From: Candidatus Muiribacteriota bacterium
GTDB lineage: Bacteria; Muiribacteriota; Muiribacteriia; Muiribacteriales; Muiribacteriaceae
Assembly (NCBI GenBank): GCA_051747805.1
Contig: JBNJGP010000041.1
Coordinates: 1 to 24,511 of the forward strand
Reading direction: 5' to 3'
DNA length: 24,511 nt
Of the stretch, positions 1-9,022 are shown in pieces (position 1 is the first letter of the stretch; each line of letters starts with the position of its first letter). The notes beneath the pieces are model-generated. The model was not told the DNA's origin. It did not search any database and worked only from the letters and a program-made list of their open reading frames with translations. Both the position numbers and the translations under genes were made by a program.

Positions 1-2
1 TT

Positions 3-299
3 CCGGTTGAAAAAAAAGGTTATATATTAGATATTTCGGGCGGGGGAGTGTTTTTGAGAACTCCTGAAAAAATGGAAAAGGACCAGATGCTGAAAACCCG
101 TTTCATGCTTGGCCAACAGAGCTTTGAAGTAAATGGGAAAATCATGAGGGCAATTGCAAATAAACGTGGGAAGGCCTGTATGTATAAATATGGTATTAAT
201 TTTGAGGATATTGTTGATATGGAAAGAAGGAAAATAATAGGATACGTTTTTGAGGTTGAGAGAAAAAACATTAGAAAACAAAAAGATGGACTATCGTAA
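3..299 (+). CDS. PilZ-domain (c-di-GMP-binding) protein, C-terminal part; 5' end lies outside the window (YcgR/MotI flagellar-brake-like)
   Basis: The frame of the 48..299 ORF is open back to position 3: PVEKKGYILDISGGGVFLRT...FEVNGKIMR...YKYGINFEDI..ERRKIIGYVFEVERK. DISGGG (30-47) is the PilZ D/NxSxxG motif, and the YG.xF plus closing helix is typical of PilZ C-termini. The RxxxR motif would lie upstream of the window. Confidence 0.8.
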   Translation, partial: PVEKKGYILDISGGGVFLRTPEKMEKDQMLKTRFMLGQQSFEVNGKIMRAIANKRGKACMYKYGINFEDIVDMERRKIIGYVFEVERKNIRKQKDGLS

Positions 300-328
300 C
301 AAAAATAGTTATACTGGGAGAAGCAGGG

Positions 329-766
329 ATGAATATTAAATTTAAATTTTTAAACAAAAAGAAACAGTATAAACCTTCTTATATGTCACAGAATGCAGCT
401 GGAGCTGATATATATTCCTGTATTAATGAAGAAGTCGAAATTCCCCCGGGGGAGTATAGAATGATTTCAACAGGATTTTCGCTTCAAATTCCACATGGTT
501 ATGAGGTTCAAATTAGACCTAGAAGTGGTCTGGCCGCAAAATACGGTGTTACTGTATTGAATTCTCCAGGAACTATTGATTCAGATTATAGAGGAGAGGT
601 TAAAGTAATTCTTATAAACCATGGTAACAAAAAATTTATTGTTAAGGATAAAATGAGAGTTGCCCAGATGATTTTTGCAAAAGTTCAACGGGGTGTTTTT
701 ATCGAAACAGGTGATTTAACAGATACAAAAAGAGGAGAGGGTGGCTTTGGACATACTGGACATTAA
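329..766 (+). CDS. dut: dUTP diphosphatase (trimeric dUTPase)
   Basis: All five motifs are visible: AGADI, QIRPRSGLAAK, NSPGTIDSDYRGE, RVAQMI, RGEGGFGHTG. Confidence 0.97.
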   Translation: MNIKFKFLNKKKQYKPSYMSQNAAGADIYSCINEEVEIPPGEYRMISTGFSLQIPHGYEVQIRPRSGLAAKYGVTVLNSPGTIDSDYRGEVKVILINHGNKKFIVKDKMRVAQMIFAKVQRGVFIETGDLTDTKRGEGGFGHTGH

Positions 767-769
767 ATT

Positions 770-2362
770 ATGAACACGGTTGAAAAAGAAAATAGAGCTC
801 TTAAACAGAGTCATGAAAAATTAATTAATAATTTTCATAAACTCAGCAGTAAAATACTTCATTCTGGTTCTTTAGAAGATAATTTAGAAGCAATATTTGA
901 GGTGTGTCAGGAAATCTTTCCCTATGAAGAGATTGCTGTTTATTTAATGAAAAATACTTTTGAACTGATTAAATATAAAAATCTATCAGATGAAAGTTAT
1001 ATGGAAGTTTCTCAGATTCAGGAAGATAATATATTTGACTGGGTTATACTTCAGAATAAAAAAATAACCCTTGAGAGAAAATATAAAAAGGGAAGTTATG
1101 TTTTTCTGCCCCTTATTATGAAAAATCGCTCTCTTGGAATTATGCTTATAGGAACAGATAAAGAAGTCTCTAATATAACAAAAGAAGAAAATGATATTTT
1201 AGATATAATTTCTTCTAATGTTACAGTTTCTATTGAAAATTCAAAACTCTATTCTACACTTGATGAACAGAAAAAAAAGCTTGATAATATTAAAAATTAT
1301 TTAAGCAACGTTATTGAAAATTTCAACGAAGGATTAATTGTTGTTGACACAGATTATATTGTAACTACAATTAACTGTGCGGCTGAAAATTTTTTAAAAA
1401 TTTCACGAAAGGAAATCATGCTCAAAAACATAAGGTTGTTTTATAATAACTGGTTTACCCCGGAATTTTTTGAAAAAATATCAGAAAGTATATTTCAAAA
1501 AAAAATTACCCATTATATGGTTGATGTAAGACAGGTTTTTTTGAAGTTTACAATAATCCCGTTTAAAGGAAACAGAAATATTATTTCTGGAGCTATTATA
1601 CATATTGAAGATGTAACTACCGGTATGGAATTAGAAAAGTTAAAAGAGATAGATGATTATAAAAATCAGGTTATTTCAAATATTTCACATGAACTTAAAA
1701 CCCCTTTAACTTCAATTAAGGCTTATACTGAAACATTAACCGAGATTATTGAAAGTGATTCTGAAAAATACGAGGTTGAATTTAAAGATTTTTTAAATGT
1801 TATTTATGATGAAAGCGAAAGACTTTTAAATTTAATAATGGAAATACTTGATACTTCTAAACTTGAATCGGGCAGGGTGAATCTTAATTTGAGCCTTTTT
1901 GATTTAAACACTGTTATAAGAAAAATTATTAAGGGAATTGATTATCTGTTGAAAGAAAAAAATATAAAGGTTAATATAGATTTTAAACAGGAAGAAACTT
2001 TTAATATTGAGGCCGATCTTATAAAGCTTGAGCAGGTTTTTTATAATGTTTTAAGTAATGCTGTGAAGTACAATGAGCAGAACGGAAAAATTAATATTAA
2101 AATAAAAAGATTAAAAGAAGTTTATAAAATTATTGTTGAAGATACAGGTATTGGTATTGATAATAAAAGTATAGAAAAAATATTTGAAAAATTTTACAGG
2201 GAAAGTAATGTTGATACAGAAAATATAAGTGGTTTTGGGTTAGGACTATCTATAGTTAAAAATATTATTGATTTACATAATGGCGATATAAATATTAAAT
2301 CAAAAAAGGGAAAGGGGACAAAAATAATTTTAAAAATTCCTTATGAACAAAAAAGTATATGA
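770..2362 (+). CDS. Cytoplasmic sensor histidine kinase (GAF - coiled coil - PAS - HisKA - HATPase_c)
   Basis: GAF-like segment (FLPLIMKNRSLGIM...SIENSKLY), PAS (NEGLIVVD...INCAAENFL), H-box SHELKTPLTSI, N-box NVLSNAVKY, G1 DTGIGI, F-box IFEKFYR, G2 GFGLGLSIV. No transmembrane helix is apparent. Confidence 0.95.
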   Translation: MNTVEKENRALKQSHEKLINNFHKLSSKILHSGSLEDNLEAIFEVCQEIFPYEEIAVYLMKNTFELIKYKNLSDESYMEVSQIQEDNIFDWVILQNKKITLERKYKKGSYVFLPLIMKNRSLGIMLIGTDKEVSNITKEENDILDIISSNVTVSIENSKLYSTLDEQKKKLDNIKNYLSNVIENFNEGLIVVDTDYIVTTINCAAENFLKISRKEIMLKNIRLFYNNWFTPEFFEKISESIFQKKITHYMVDVRQVFLKFTIIPFKGNRNIISGAIIHIEDVTTGMELEKLKEIDDYKNQVISNISHELKTPLTSIKAYTETLTEIIESDSEKYEVEFKDFLNVIYDESERLLNLIMEILDTSKLESGRVNLNLSLFDLNTVIRKIIKGIDYLLKEKNIKVNIDFKQEETFNIEADLIKLEQVFYNVLSNAVKYNEQNGKINIKIKRLKEVYKIIVEDTGIGIDNKSIEKIFEKFYRESNVDTENISGFGLGLSIVKNIIDLHNGDINIKSKKGKGTKIILKIPYEQKSI

Positions 2363-4583
2363 AAAATTCAGCATAGATGACTGGATAAAACTGGTTAATA
2401 TAAATAACGCTATCGTATCAGAGCTTCAACTTGATAAGGTTTTACTTCTTATTCTTGAAAATGCACTTTCTTCAATTGAGGCCAAGCAGGGTTCGCTGAT
2501 GCTTTTTGATGAAAACGACAAAGATACTTTAAGAATTGCTGCCTCTATTGGTATGAGTCCTGAAATTTCTGAAAAAGTTAAAGTTAGGGTAGGTGAGGGT
2601 ATAAGTGGAGTAGTTGCCGAAAAAGGCGAGCCTGTCCTTATTCATAATATTGAAAAAGACCCTGTTTTTAAAAAGAAAAACAGTCCAAGATACTTCACAA
2701 AATCCTGTCTGTCTGTTCCGCTTAAGTTTAGAAATAAAATTACAGGTGTTTTTAACGTTACCGACAAAAAAAACAACAGACAGTTTTCAAAAAAAGACCT
2801 TTATTTCTCAAATACATTAGCGCAGCAGGCGGCCATAGCTATTGAAAATGCCAAGTTATACATGCAGGCAAAAAAAGACAAAAAAAAAGTTGAAAAATTA
2901 AATGTTGAACTGGAAGAAAGCTTGTTTGCCCTGTCAGAATATACTGAAGAATTATTTGTTTTTCATGAATTTACTAAAGAAATTTTTGACAAGGCAATAT
3001 CTCATATGAATATTCAGGATCTAACAAATGAAATATGCAAATTATTCCTTGAGCTTGATATTATAAATCCAGATATAGTGATTTTAAATTTTACAGATAA
3101 AAATATTTTCAAGGTACATGCTAAAAACGAGAAGCTAAAAAATCTTTCAGAAAAAGAAAAAAAATTAATTGAAAAAATTACTCTTTATTGTGAAAAAAAT
3201 GATGAGTCTATTAGACTTCCTTTTGAAGAAGAACGTTATAAAATGTTTGAAAAAGATGTTTTTTCCTTTTATAAATCATTGCTGGCAATCCCGCTTTATG
3301 GAAAGCATGGACCGATTGGTACTTTAATTCTGCTGAAGAAATATAAATCTGAGTTTGATGAAAAAACAAGAAATCTCATGCTTATTTTTTCACTTCAGGT
3401 TTCAACAGCTTTATCACTTGTCGGGGCATTTGACCAGGTTATGAAAAAAAAGGTAGTTGAAAATGAGCTTAAGGTTGCTGCAAAAATACAGAAAATGTTT
3501 CTTCCCAGACAGAATCCGCTTGTGCCTGGAATGGAGCTCAGTCATATAAATATTCCTACTTTTGATGTTGGCGGCGATTATATTGACTTTTTATGGCATG
3601 ATAAAGATAGAATAGGAATTGCTGTTGGAGATGTTTCCGGTAAAGGAATTCCGGCTTCACTTATTATGGCTTTGACCAAAAGCATTGTTAAATCTAATGC
3701 CAGCCTTTTTGAATCGCCACAAAAACTGCTTGATAAAATAAACAGTGAGCTTTTAAATGAGATTGAAGGGCACAGGTTTGTCACAATGATTTATGGTTTA
3801 TACGACTGGTTTAATCGTAAAATAACTATTGGAAAGGCAGGCCATAATCCACCAATTATTTTTAAAAAGAACGGCGAAATAATAAGGATTAACCCTCAGG
3901 GACTGTTTCTTGGAATGTTTAGGGATTGTATTATTGAAGAAGTTAACTATAAGCTTGAACATGATGATATAGTAGTTTTTTTCACTGATGGTGTAATTGA
4001 TATTGAAAATACAGAAGGCAGTTCTTTTGGTCTTGAAAAGATGGAAAAAGTAATATCAGAAAACAGAGAAAAAAGTTGCGAAAGTATTAAAAATATACTT
4101 ATTGAAAAATTAATGAAATATAATCAGGGAAGAAAACAAAATGATGATATTTCCCTTGTAATAGGCAAGATTATTGATTATTTTGATAGAGATTTTTTTA
4201 TTTCTTCTAATAAAAAAGAAATTCCAAGACTCCATGAATATTTAAATACACTTGTAAATCTCAAGGTGAGCCTTGGAGATGATTTTAAATTCAAACTTCG
4301 TTTGATTGTCGATGAGATTTTAAGTAATGCGATTGAACATGGAAATTTGCTTAATGAAAACCTTAATATTTTTATCAGTCATAAAATTACAAAAAAATAT
4401 ATTAAACTTAAAATTGTTGATGAGGGAAAAGGATTTGACTGGCAGGAAAAAATGAACAATAATAACATGGATATTAAATCTGAGCGTGGTAGAGGGTTGC
4501 TGATTGTAAGAGAGTTATGTGATAAAATTATTTTTAATACAAAAGGCAATGAAGTTAATTTAATAATTAATTATACAAATTAA
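2343..4583 (+). CDS. GAF-GAF-SpoIIE/RsbU-type PP2C phosphatase fused to a C-terminal RsbW/SpoIIAB-like Ser kinase (HATPase_c_2)
   Basis: GAF1 (GEGISGVVAEKGEP...CLSVPL...AAIAIENAKLY), second GAF (LLAIPL...PIGTLIL), PP2C motifs GGDYIDF, GDVSGKG, FFTDGV, QNDDISL, then EILSNAIEHGN, DEGKGFD, ERGRGLLIV. Overlaps the upstream kinase by 20 nt. Confidence 0.93.
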   Translation: MNKKVYEKFSIDDWIKLVNINNAIVSELQLDKVLLLILENALSSIEAKQGSLMLFDENDKDTLRIAASIGMSPEISEKVKVRVGEGISGVVAEKGEPVLIHNIEKDPVFKKKNSPRYFTKSCLSVPLKFRNKITGVFNVTDKKNNRQFSKKDLYFSNTLAQQAAIAIENAKLYMQAKKDKKKVEKLNVELEESLFALSEYTEELFVFHEFTKEIFDKAISHMNIQDLTNEICKLFLELDIINPDIVILNFTDKNIFKVHAKNEKLKNLSEKEKKLIEKITLYCEKNDESIRLPFEEERYKMFEKDVFSFYKSLLAIPLYGKHGPIGTLILLKKYKSEFDEKTRNLMLIFSLQVSTALSLVGAFDQVMKKKVVENELKVAAKIQKMFLPRQNPLVPGMELSHINIPTFDVGGDYIDFLWHDKDRIGIAVGDVSGKGIPASLIMALTKSIVKSNASLFESPQKLLDKINSELLNEIEGHRFVTMIYGLYDWFNRKITIGKAGHNPPIIFKKNGEIIRINPQGLFLGMFRDCIIEEVNYKLEHDDIVVFFTDGVIDIENTEGSSFGLEKMEKVISENREKSCESIKNILIEKLMKYNQGRKQNDDISLVIGKIIDYFDRDFFISSNKKEIPRLHEYLNTLVNLKVSLGDDFKFKLRLIVDEILSNAIEHGNLLNENLNIFISHKITKKYIKLKIVDEGKGFDWQEKMNNNNMDIKSERGRGLLIVRELCDKIIFNTKGNEVNLIINYTN

Positions 4584-4620
4584 GGGCAAATTTTTTTGTC
4601 GTGGGTATCGGGAGTTTAAG

Positions 4621-4980
4621 GTGAAAAAAATACTTGTTGCGGATGATGAAAAAAATATTTTAAGAATAATAAAGTTTAATCTGAAAAAAGCCGGGTTTGA
4701 GGTGTTTACAGCCGAAGACGGCGAGAGCGCAAGAGAACAGATAATTAAAGAAAGACCTGATATTGCTATATTAGATATAATGATGCCTAAAATAAACGGG
4801 TTTGATTTGTGCACTTTTATAAAAGAAAGCGAAGATTTAAAAACCGGGGTTATTTTGTTGTCTGCCAAAGGCCAGAAAAATGATTTTGAAAGGGGTGAAA
4901 AAGCGGGGGCTGATTTATATCTTAAAAAGCCGTTTTCACCCAAAATACTTATTAAAAATATTAAAGAAATGCTTGATTAA
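4621..4980 (+). CDS. Single-domain response regulator (receiver only)
   Basis: KKILVADDE, phospho-acceptor LDIMMP, LLSAK and KKPF motifs; GTG start with GGGAG RBS at about 4610-4614; no output domain. Confidence 0.95.
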   Translation: MKKILVADDEKNILRIIKFNLKKAGFEVFTAEDGESAREQIIKERPDIAILDIMMPKINGFDLCTFIKESEDLKTGVILLSAKGQKNDFERGEKAGADLYLKKPFSPKILIKNIKEMLD

Positions 4981-4990
4981 AGGAGTTTAT

Positions 4991-5332
4991 ATGGAACTTA
5001 GCCAAAAATTAGATTTTATAATAGAGGTTTTAGAAGATAAAAAAGCCAATAATATTAAGGTTGTTGACGCGAGTCCAAAAGTTTTAATCGATAAGTTTAT
5101 TATTTGTGATGGAAGTTCTAATACACATTTAAAAACAATTTATCAACATTTAAAAAAGTCATTGAGGGAAGAAAACATTGCTATTTTAAATGTTTCTGAA
5201 AATAATAATTCTGAATCAGGCTGGTTTATTTTAGATATCGGAGAAATTGTAATTCATATTATGAGAAAAGAAAAACGCCATTTTTATGAGCTTGAGGATT
5301 TATGGGAGAGTTATTTAGCCGATGAGCAATGA
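4991..5332 (+). CDS. rsfS: Ribosome silencing factor RsfS (Iojap family); start corrected from 4880 to 4991
   Basis: LEDKKA.NIKVVD, FIICDGSSNTH, W.ILDIGEIVIHIM...RHFYELEDLW signature. AGGAG RBS at 4981-4985 precedes the ATG at 4991. Confidence 0.93.
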   Translation: MELSQKLDFIIEVLEDKKANNIKVVDASPKVLIDKFIICDGSSNTHLKTIYQHLKKSLREENIAILNVSENNNSESGWFILDIGEIVIHIMRKEKRHFYELEDLWESYLADEQ

Positions 5333-6398
5333 AATAAGTGAAATAATTTTTAAAATTGAGAGTGCCGACCCAGCTATATGGAGGGAGGCAATATCCAGTT
5401 TAAAAAAAGTAGATTCTGCTCAGGCAAAAAGAGTTCTTATGCAACTTATAACGTCGGCTCCCGACGTTGGAAAAAAATATTATGCAAAAAAAGTTCTTTC
5501 AGATATTACCGGTCAGGGTGGTGGAGATAATATTCAGGATGAAACTTCCAGAAAAGAAAATGTATTAGAAAATAATGAAAAATCCTCTCAGGAAAAAGAG
5601 GATAAAATATTAAAGTATTTAAAATCTGATGATTATGAAACAGTGGTCAAAGCTCTAATGTATATTGCCAAAAACAATTTGAAAAAATACTTATCTGAAA
5701 TTTTAAATATGTTAAGACCCGAAGCTCATCCTTTTGTGCGCGCAACACTTGTTAAGGCAATTGCTTGTCTGGGAGGCAAAGATTATTTAAAAATCATTGC
5801 AGTTTATCTCAAAGATGAGGACAGTCGTGTTCGTGCAAATACAATAGAGGCCATTGAATTGTTAAATGATCCCGGTAGCTATCAGTATATTCTGCCAATG
5901 CTCAATGATAATGATAACAGGGTAAAGGCAAATGCTCTGAAGGCTATGAAAAATCTGGATAGAGAAAAAATGCTTTCAGTTATAAAAAAAATGCTTTCTT
6001 CCTCTGAAGAATATTATGTTATTTCTGCCTTGTTTGTTATAGAGAACCTTAAAATTAAAGAGATGAATGCTGAGCTTGAACAGCTTGCCGGGGATGAAAG
6101 AGAGGAAGTAGCTGAAAAAGCGCAGGAATTGTGTAAAAAAATGGGGATTTCTTTTCAAACAGCCTCAGATAGTTTGAAAAATGAGTCTAAAGTTGAGGTA
6201 AAGGGTAAAATTCATAAAATAATTATAAATCGGGGTTTTGTTGTAGTTAGTCAGAAAGGTGTTTACATAGGTGTGTTATATCCGGATAGTATAAAATTAA
6301 AAATTGATGATTATGTAGGAGTAAGTGGTAAAATTATAAAAGAAGATGGATATTTTTTCGTTCTTCCAGAAAGAGTTGGCCTCATACAGCCGTATTGA
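5322..6398 (+). CDS. HEAT-repeat protein with a C-terminal beta-rich (OB-fold-like) domain
   Basis: Repeats HPFVRATLVKAI, DEDSRVRANTIEAI, DNDNRVKANALKAM (HEAT_2/PBS-lyase-like). The last ~65 aa are beta-strand rich (VEVKGKI...LKIDDYVGVSGKI). Confidence 0.8.
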   Translation: MSNEISEIIFKIESADPAIWREAISSLKKVDSAQAKRVLMQLITSAPDVGKKYYAKKVLSDITGQGGGDNIQDETSRKENVLENNEKSSQEKEDKILKYLKSDDYETVVKALMYIAKNNLKKYLSEILNMLRPEAHPFVRATLVKAIACLGGKDYLKIIAVYLKDEDSRVRANTIEAIELLNDPGSYQYILPMLNDNDNRVKANALKAMKNLDREKMLSVIKKMLSSSEEYYVISALFVIENLKIKEMNAELEQLAGDEREEVAEKAQELCKKMGISFQTASDSLKNESKVEVKGKIHKIIINRGFVVVSQKGVYIGVLYPDSIKLKIDDYVGVSGKIIKEDGYFFVLPERVGLIQPY

Positions 6399-6726
6399 GT
6401 ATTTTTTCAGCCTGTGGTCCTTCTGGATTATAATATTTATATTAATAGAAAGATTTTTTTCAAAACTAATAAAAAATAAGGTGATTCAGAGTATATTTAT
6501 TGCTAAGTTTTTTATCAGATTAACGGTTTTTTCGATAATTTCATCCTATATTATTGGAATTTACTGGATGATTACGTTTTTTTATCCAGGGATAACAGGA
6601 GTTAATCTTTTTGTTTTTTACGGAGTTACCGGTTATCTATACAAAAAATTCACTTTAAAATTGCTTTCAAGCGTTATTATTGTTATTTTAATATTATCCT
6701 ATATTTTAAGGAGTATTTTAATATGA
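6346..6726 (+). CDS. Small integral membrane protein of unknown function (about 3-4 TM helices)
   Basis: Hydrophobic 126-aa ORF filling the gap between two clear genes; its stop overlaps the next start (ATGA at 6723-6726). The start position is uncertain. Confidence 0.65.
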   Translation: MDIFSFFQKELASYSRIEYFFSLWSFWIIIFILIERFFSKLIKNKVIQSIFIAKFFIRLTVFSIISSYIIGIYWMITFFYPGITGVNLFVFYGVTGYLYKKFTLKLLSSVIIVILILSYILRSILI

Positions 6727-8393
6727 AAAAAAATTATGTGTTAATTATAATATCATTTATATATTTTTTTGCAAATGCTTATACTATAAATGAAATTAAT
6801 TTAGTTGGCAATGAGCTTATAATGGACAGTGTTATTGAACTTTCAATAAGTGCCCGGGAGGGAACTGAAGTAGATGAATCTGAAATAGATAGTTTTTCTG
6901 AAAAAATAAAAGAAGAAATTATGGGCATTGGATATTTTGGAAACGCTTCTGTGGTTATTGTTCCAGTAAGTAGAGATAAGGCAAATTTAAATATTCAGGT
7001 GCTGGAATTTCCCATTATCCAAGAAATTATTTTAGATGGAGAAACAGAGATTTTAGACAGGAAAGAGATAATTTCCAATATGAGTACAAAGGAAGGAGAA
7101 ATTCTAAATATTATTGATTTCAGAAAAGACCTTGAAAAGTTAAGAGAATATTTTCATCATCAGGGTATTGTGCTTGGGGGGAAATCGGCAATAAATCTGA
7201 GTGAGGAATTTGATAAAGTTATTATAAGTGTATATCGTGCAAAAATAGAAGATATTAAAATAAGCGGAAATTCTAAATCAGAGGATAATGTTGTCAAAAG
7301 GGAGCTTGAATTTGAAGTCGGAGAATCCTATGATTTTTCAGAACTTGAACTTTCCTATAGAAATCTTGCTAATACCGGATACTTTAAAAATGTTGATTTT
7401 AAGCCTGAACCTACTTCTGAGGGAGATGTTATAATTAATGTTGAGGTAGAAGAGGAAGAAACAGGGCAATTTCGATTTGGTGGAACTTATGGCTCTGAAC
7501 AAGGGTTAACAGGTTTGATTGAGGTAGAGGATAAAAATTTCAGAGGTAAAGGATACAGCCTCAATATTAAAGCCGAGTTTGGTGGTTATGATAATTATGA
7601 AATAGGTTATTACAATCCAAGATACAAGGATAGAAGAGTTAGCCACGGAATAAATATATATGATACCAGGTATCAGAGAGATAAATATATTAATGGGGTA
7701 TTTGACCAGCAGTATACTGAAAAAAAGAAAGGTTTTAATGTTTCGTGGGGAAAAGATTTATCCCGATATACTGAAATTGGACTGCGATTTTATAATGAAA
7801 ATATAACTATTTCTCCAGATGATATTGGAATAGATGATAAAAATTCACAAACGCTTGGACTTTCTATTTCAAAAGATTTGAGAGATAATGTTTTTTATCC
7901 AACAGCTGGGTATTATACTACAGGTTGGCTGGAATACACTGGCGGTTTTTTAAAGGGAGATGATGAGTATTTAAAATATACTGGGGATTATAGAAAATTT
8001 TATTCAGTAAAAACTGATTTTGTTGCAGCCTTCAGACTTAAATATTCAAAAATAGATATAAAAAGCGGACAGGTACAGGATTATGAGAGATTATCAATGG
8101 GTGGAGGAAATTCTTTAAGAGGATATAGATTGAGAGAGTTTGTGGGAGAGGAAAACTATCTTGGGAATTTTGAGGTGAGGTACTCTGTGAGCGATGAGTT
8201 TAAAGTCTCTTTGTTTTATGATATTGGGGAAATGGACTTCAGAGATAGTAGTAAAAGTACTGGTTCAAAAAGAACATATGGATTTGGTTTTCAGTTTAAA
8301 ACACCTCTTGGTATTTTAAGACTTGACTGGGGTAAACCAGTTTCCGGTGATGGAAGTACAAGAAATTATTTTAATTTTGGACCGATTTTTTAA
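6723..8393 (+). CDS. Omp85/BamA-TamA family outer-membrane protein with three POTRA domains
   Basis: Signal peptide, three POTRA-like units (TINEINLVGN, IIQEIILDG, KIEDIKISGN...LANTGYFKNV...VEEE), barrel start with NFRGKG, DLRDNVFYPTAG, lid motif GGGNSLRGY, TPLGILRLDWG and C-terminal YFNFGPIF. AGGAG RBS at about 6709-6713. Confidence 0.92.
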   Translation: MKKNYVLIIISFIYFFANAYTINEINLVGNELIMDSVIELSISAREGTEVDESEIDSFSEKIKEEIMGIGYFGNASVVIVPVSRDKANLNIQVLEFPIIQEIILDGETEILDRKEIISNMSTKEGEILNIIDFRKDLEKLREYFHHQGIVLGGKSAINLSEEFDKVIISVYRAKIEDIKISGNSKSEDNVVKRELEFEVGESYDFSELELSYRNLANTGYFKNVDFKPEPTSEGDVIINVEVEEEETGQFRFGGTYGSEQGLTGLIEVEDKNFRGKGYSLNIKAEFGGYDNYEIGYYNPRYKDRRVSHGINIYDTRYQRDKYINGVFDQQYTEKKKGFNVSWGKDLSRYTEIGLRFYNENITISPDDIGIDDKNSQTLGLSISKDLRDNVFYPTAGYYTTGWLEYTGGFLKGDDEYLKYTGDYRKFYSVKTDFVAAFRLKYSKIDIKSGQVQDYERLSMGGGNSLRGYRLREFVGEENYLGNFEVRYSVSDEFKVSLFYDIGEMDFRDSSKSTGSKRTYGFGFQFKTPLGILRLDWGKPVSGDGSTRNYFNFGPIF

Positions 8394-8395
8394 TT

Positions 8396-9022
8396 ATGGC
8401 TGAAAAAAAAGATTTTGATGAAATTACACTTGAAAATATTTCGCATCATTTAAAAACACCATTATCAATTATTCAGGGATACTGTGAAATTATGCTTTCG
8501 GGTATTTCTGGAAAACTAAATAATGAACAGGAAGAATATTTAAATAAAATAAAAAAGGAAGTTTATAAAACAGATAACTTTTTAAATAATTTTTTAGACC
8601 GAGTTGAAGATGGGTTTAAGTCAAACCTAATTCAAAAAAATAAAATTGATCTAAAAGAGCTTCTTAGAGAAATTTTTATGATTTTTTATTCGAAAGCACA
8701 TGAAACAAATGTTTATCCAGATTTTCATCTTCCAGACAAAACACTTAAAATAAACGTTTCGGGGGAGTTTAAAAAAGCTCTAATTTTAATTGTACAGGAA
8801 GTGCAGAAAATTGTTTCAGAATACACAAAAATTATTGTTGAGCTAATTATAGAAAAAGATAATAATTATAAGATTTTAATTTATCCTGAAAAGAAAGAAT
8901 TTGAAAAAGAAATAAAGAAGTTGATGGATAATAATATTATTTTTTCAACAGCTGTTAAAATTATAAAGTTAGAGAATCATTTTATTTATCTGGAAAATGG
9001 AAGGATTAATATTCATGGATAA
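8396..9022 (+). CDS. HisKA (DHp)-domain protein with a degenerate, apparently non-catalytic C-terminal domain
   Basis: ISHHLKTPLSIIQGYCEIMLSG...LNNEQEEYL H-box helix, followed by IDLKELLREI. No recognisable N, G1, F or G2 boxes. Confidence 0.75.
   Translation: MAEKKDFDEITLENISHHLKTPLSIIQGYCEIMLSGISGKLNNEQEEYLNKIKKEVYKTDNFLNNFLDRVEDGFKSNLIQKNKIDLKELLREIFMIFYSKAHETNVYPDFHLPDKTLKINVSGEFKKALILIVQEVQKIVSEYTKIIVELIIEKDNNYKILIYPEKKEFEKEIKKLMDNNIIFSTAVKIIKLENHFIYLENGRINIHG

Noticed and set aside
20..281. Minus-strand ORFs 20..271 and 27..281, and other short nested ORFs (2614, 3578, 4560, 5976, 12017, 12310, 16344, 16944)
   Set aside because: They overlap well-supported genes and carry no recognisable motifs.
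4585..4600. Small hairpin GGCAAA-TTTT-TTTGTC between the phosphatase and receiver genes as a terminator
   Set aside because: The stem is weak and has no downstream U-tract, so it cannot be supported.
4880..4990. N-terminal extension of the RsfS ORF
   Set aside because: It overlaps the response regulator. The RBS and the family-typical length point to the ATG at 4991.
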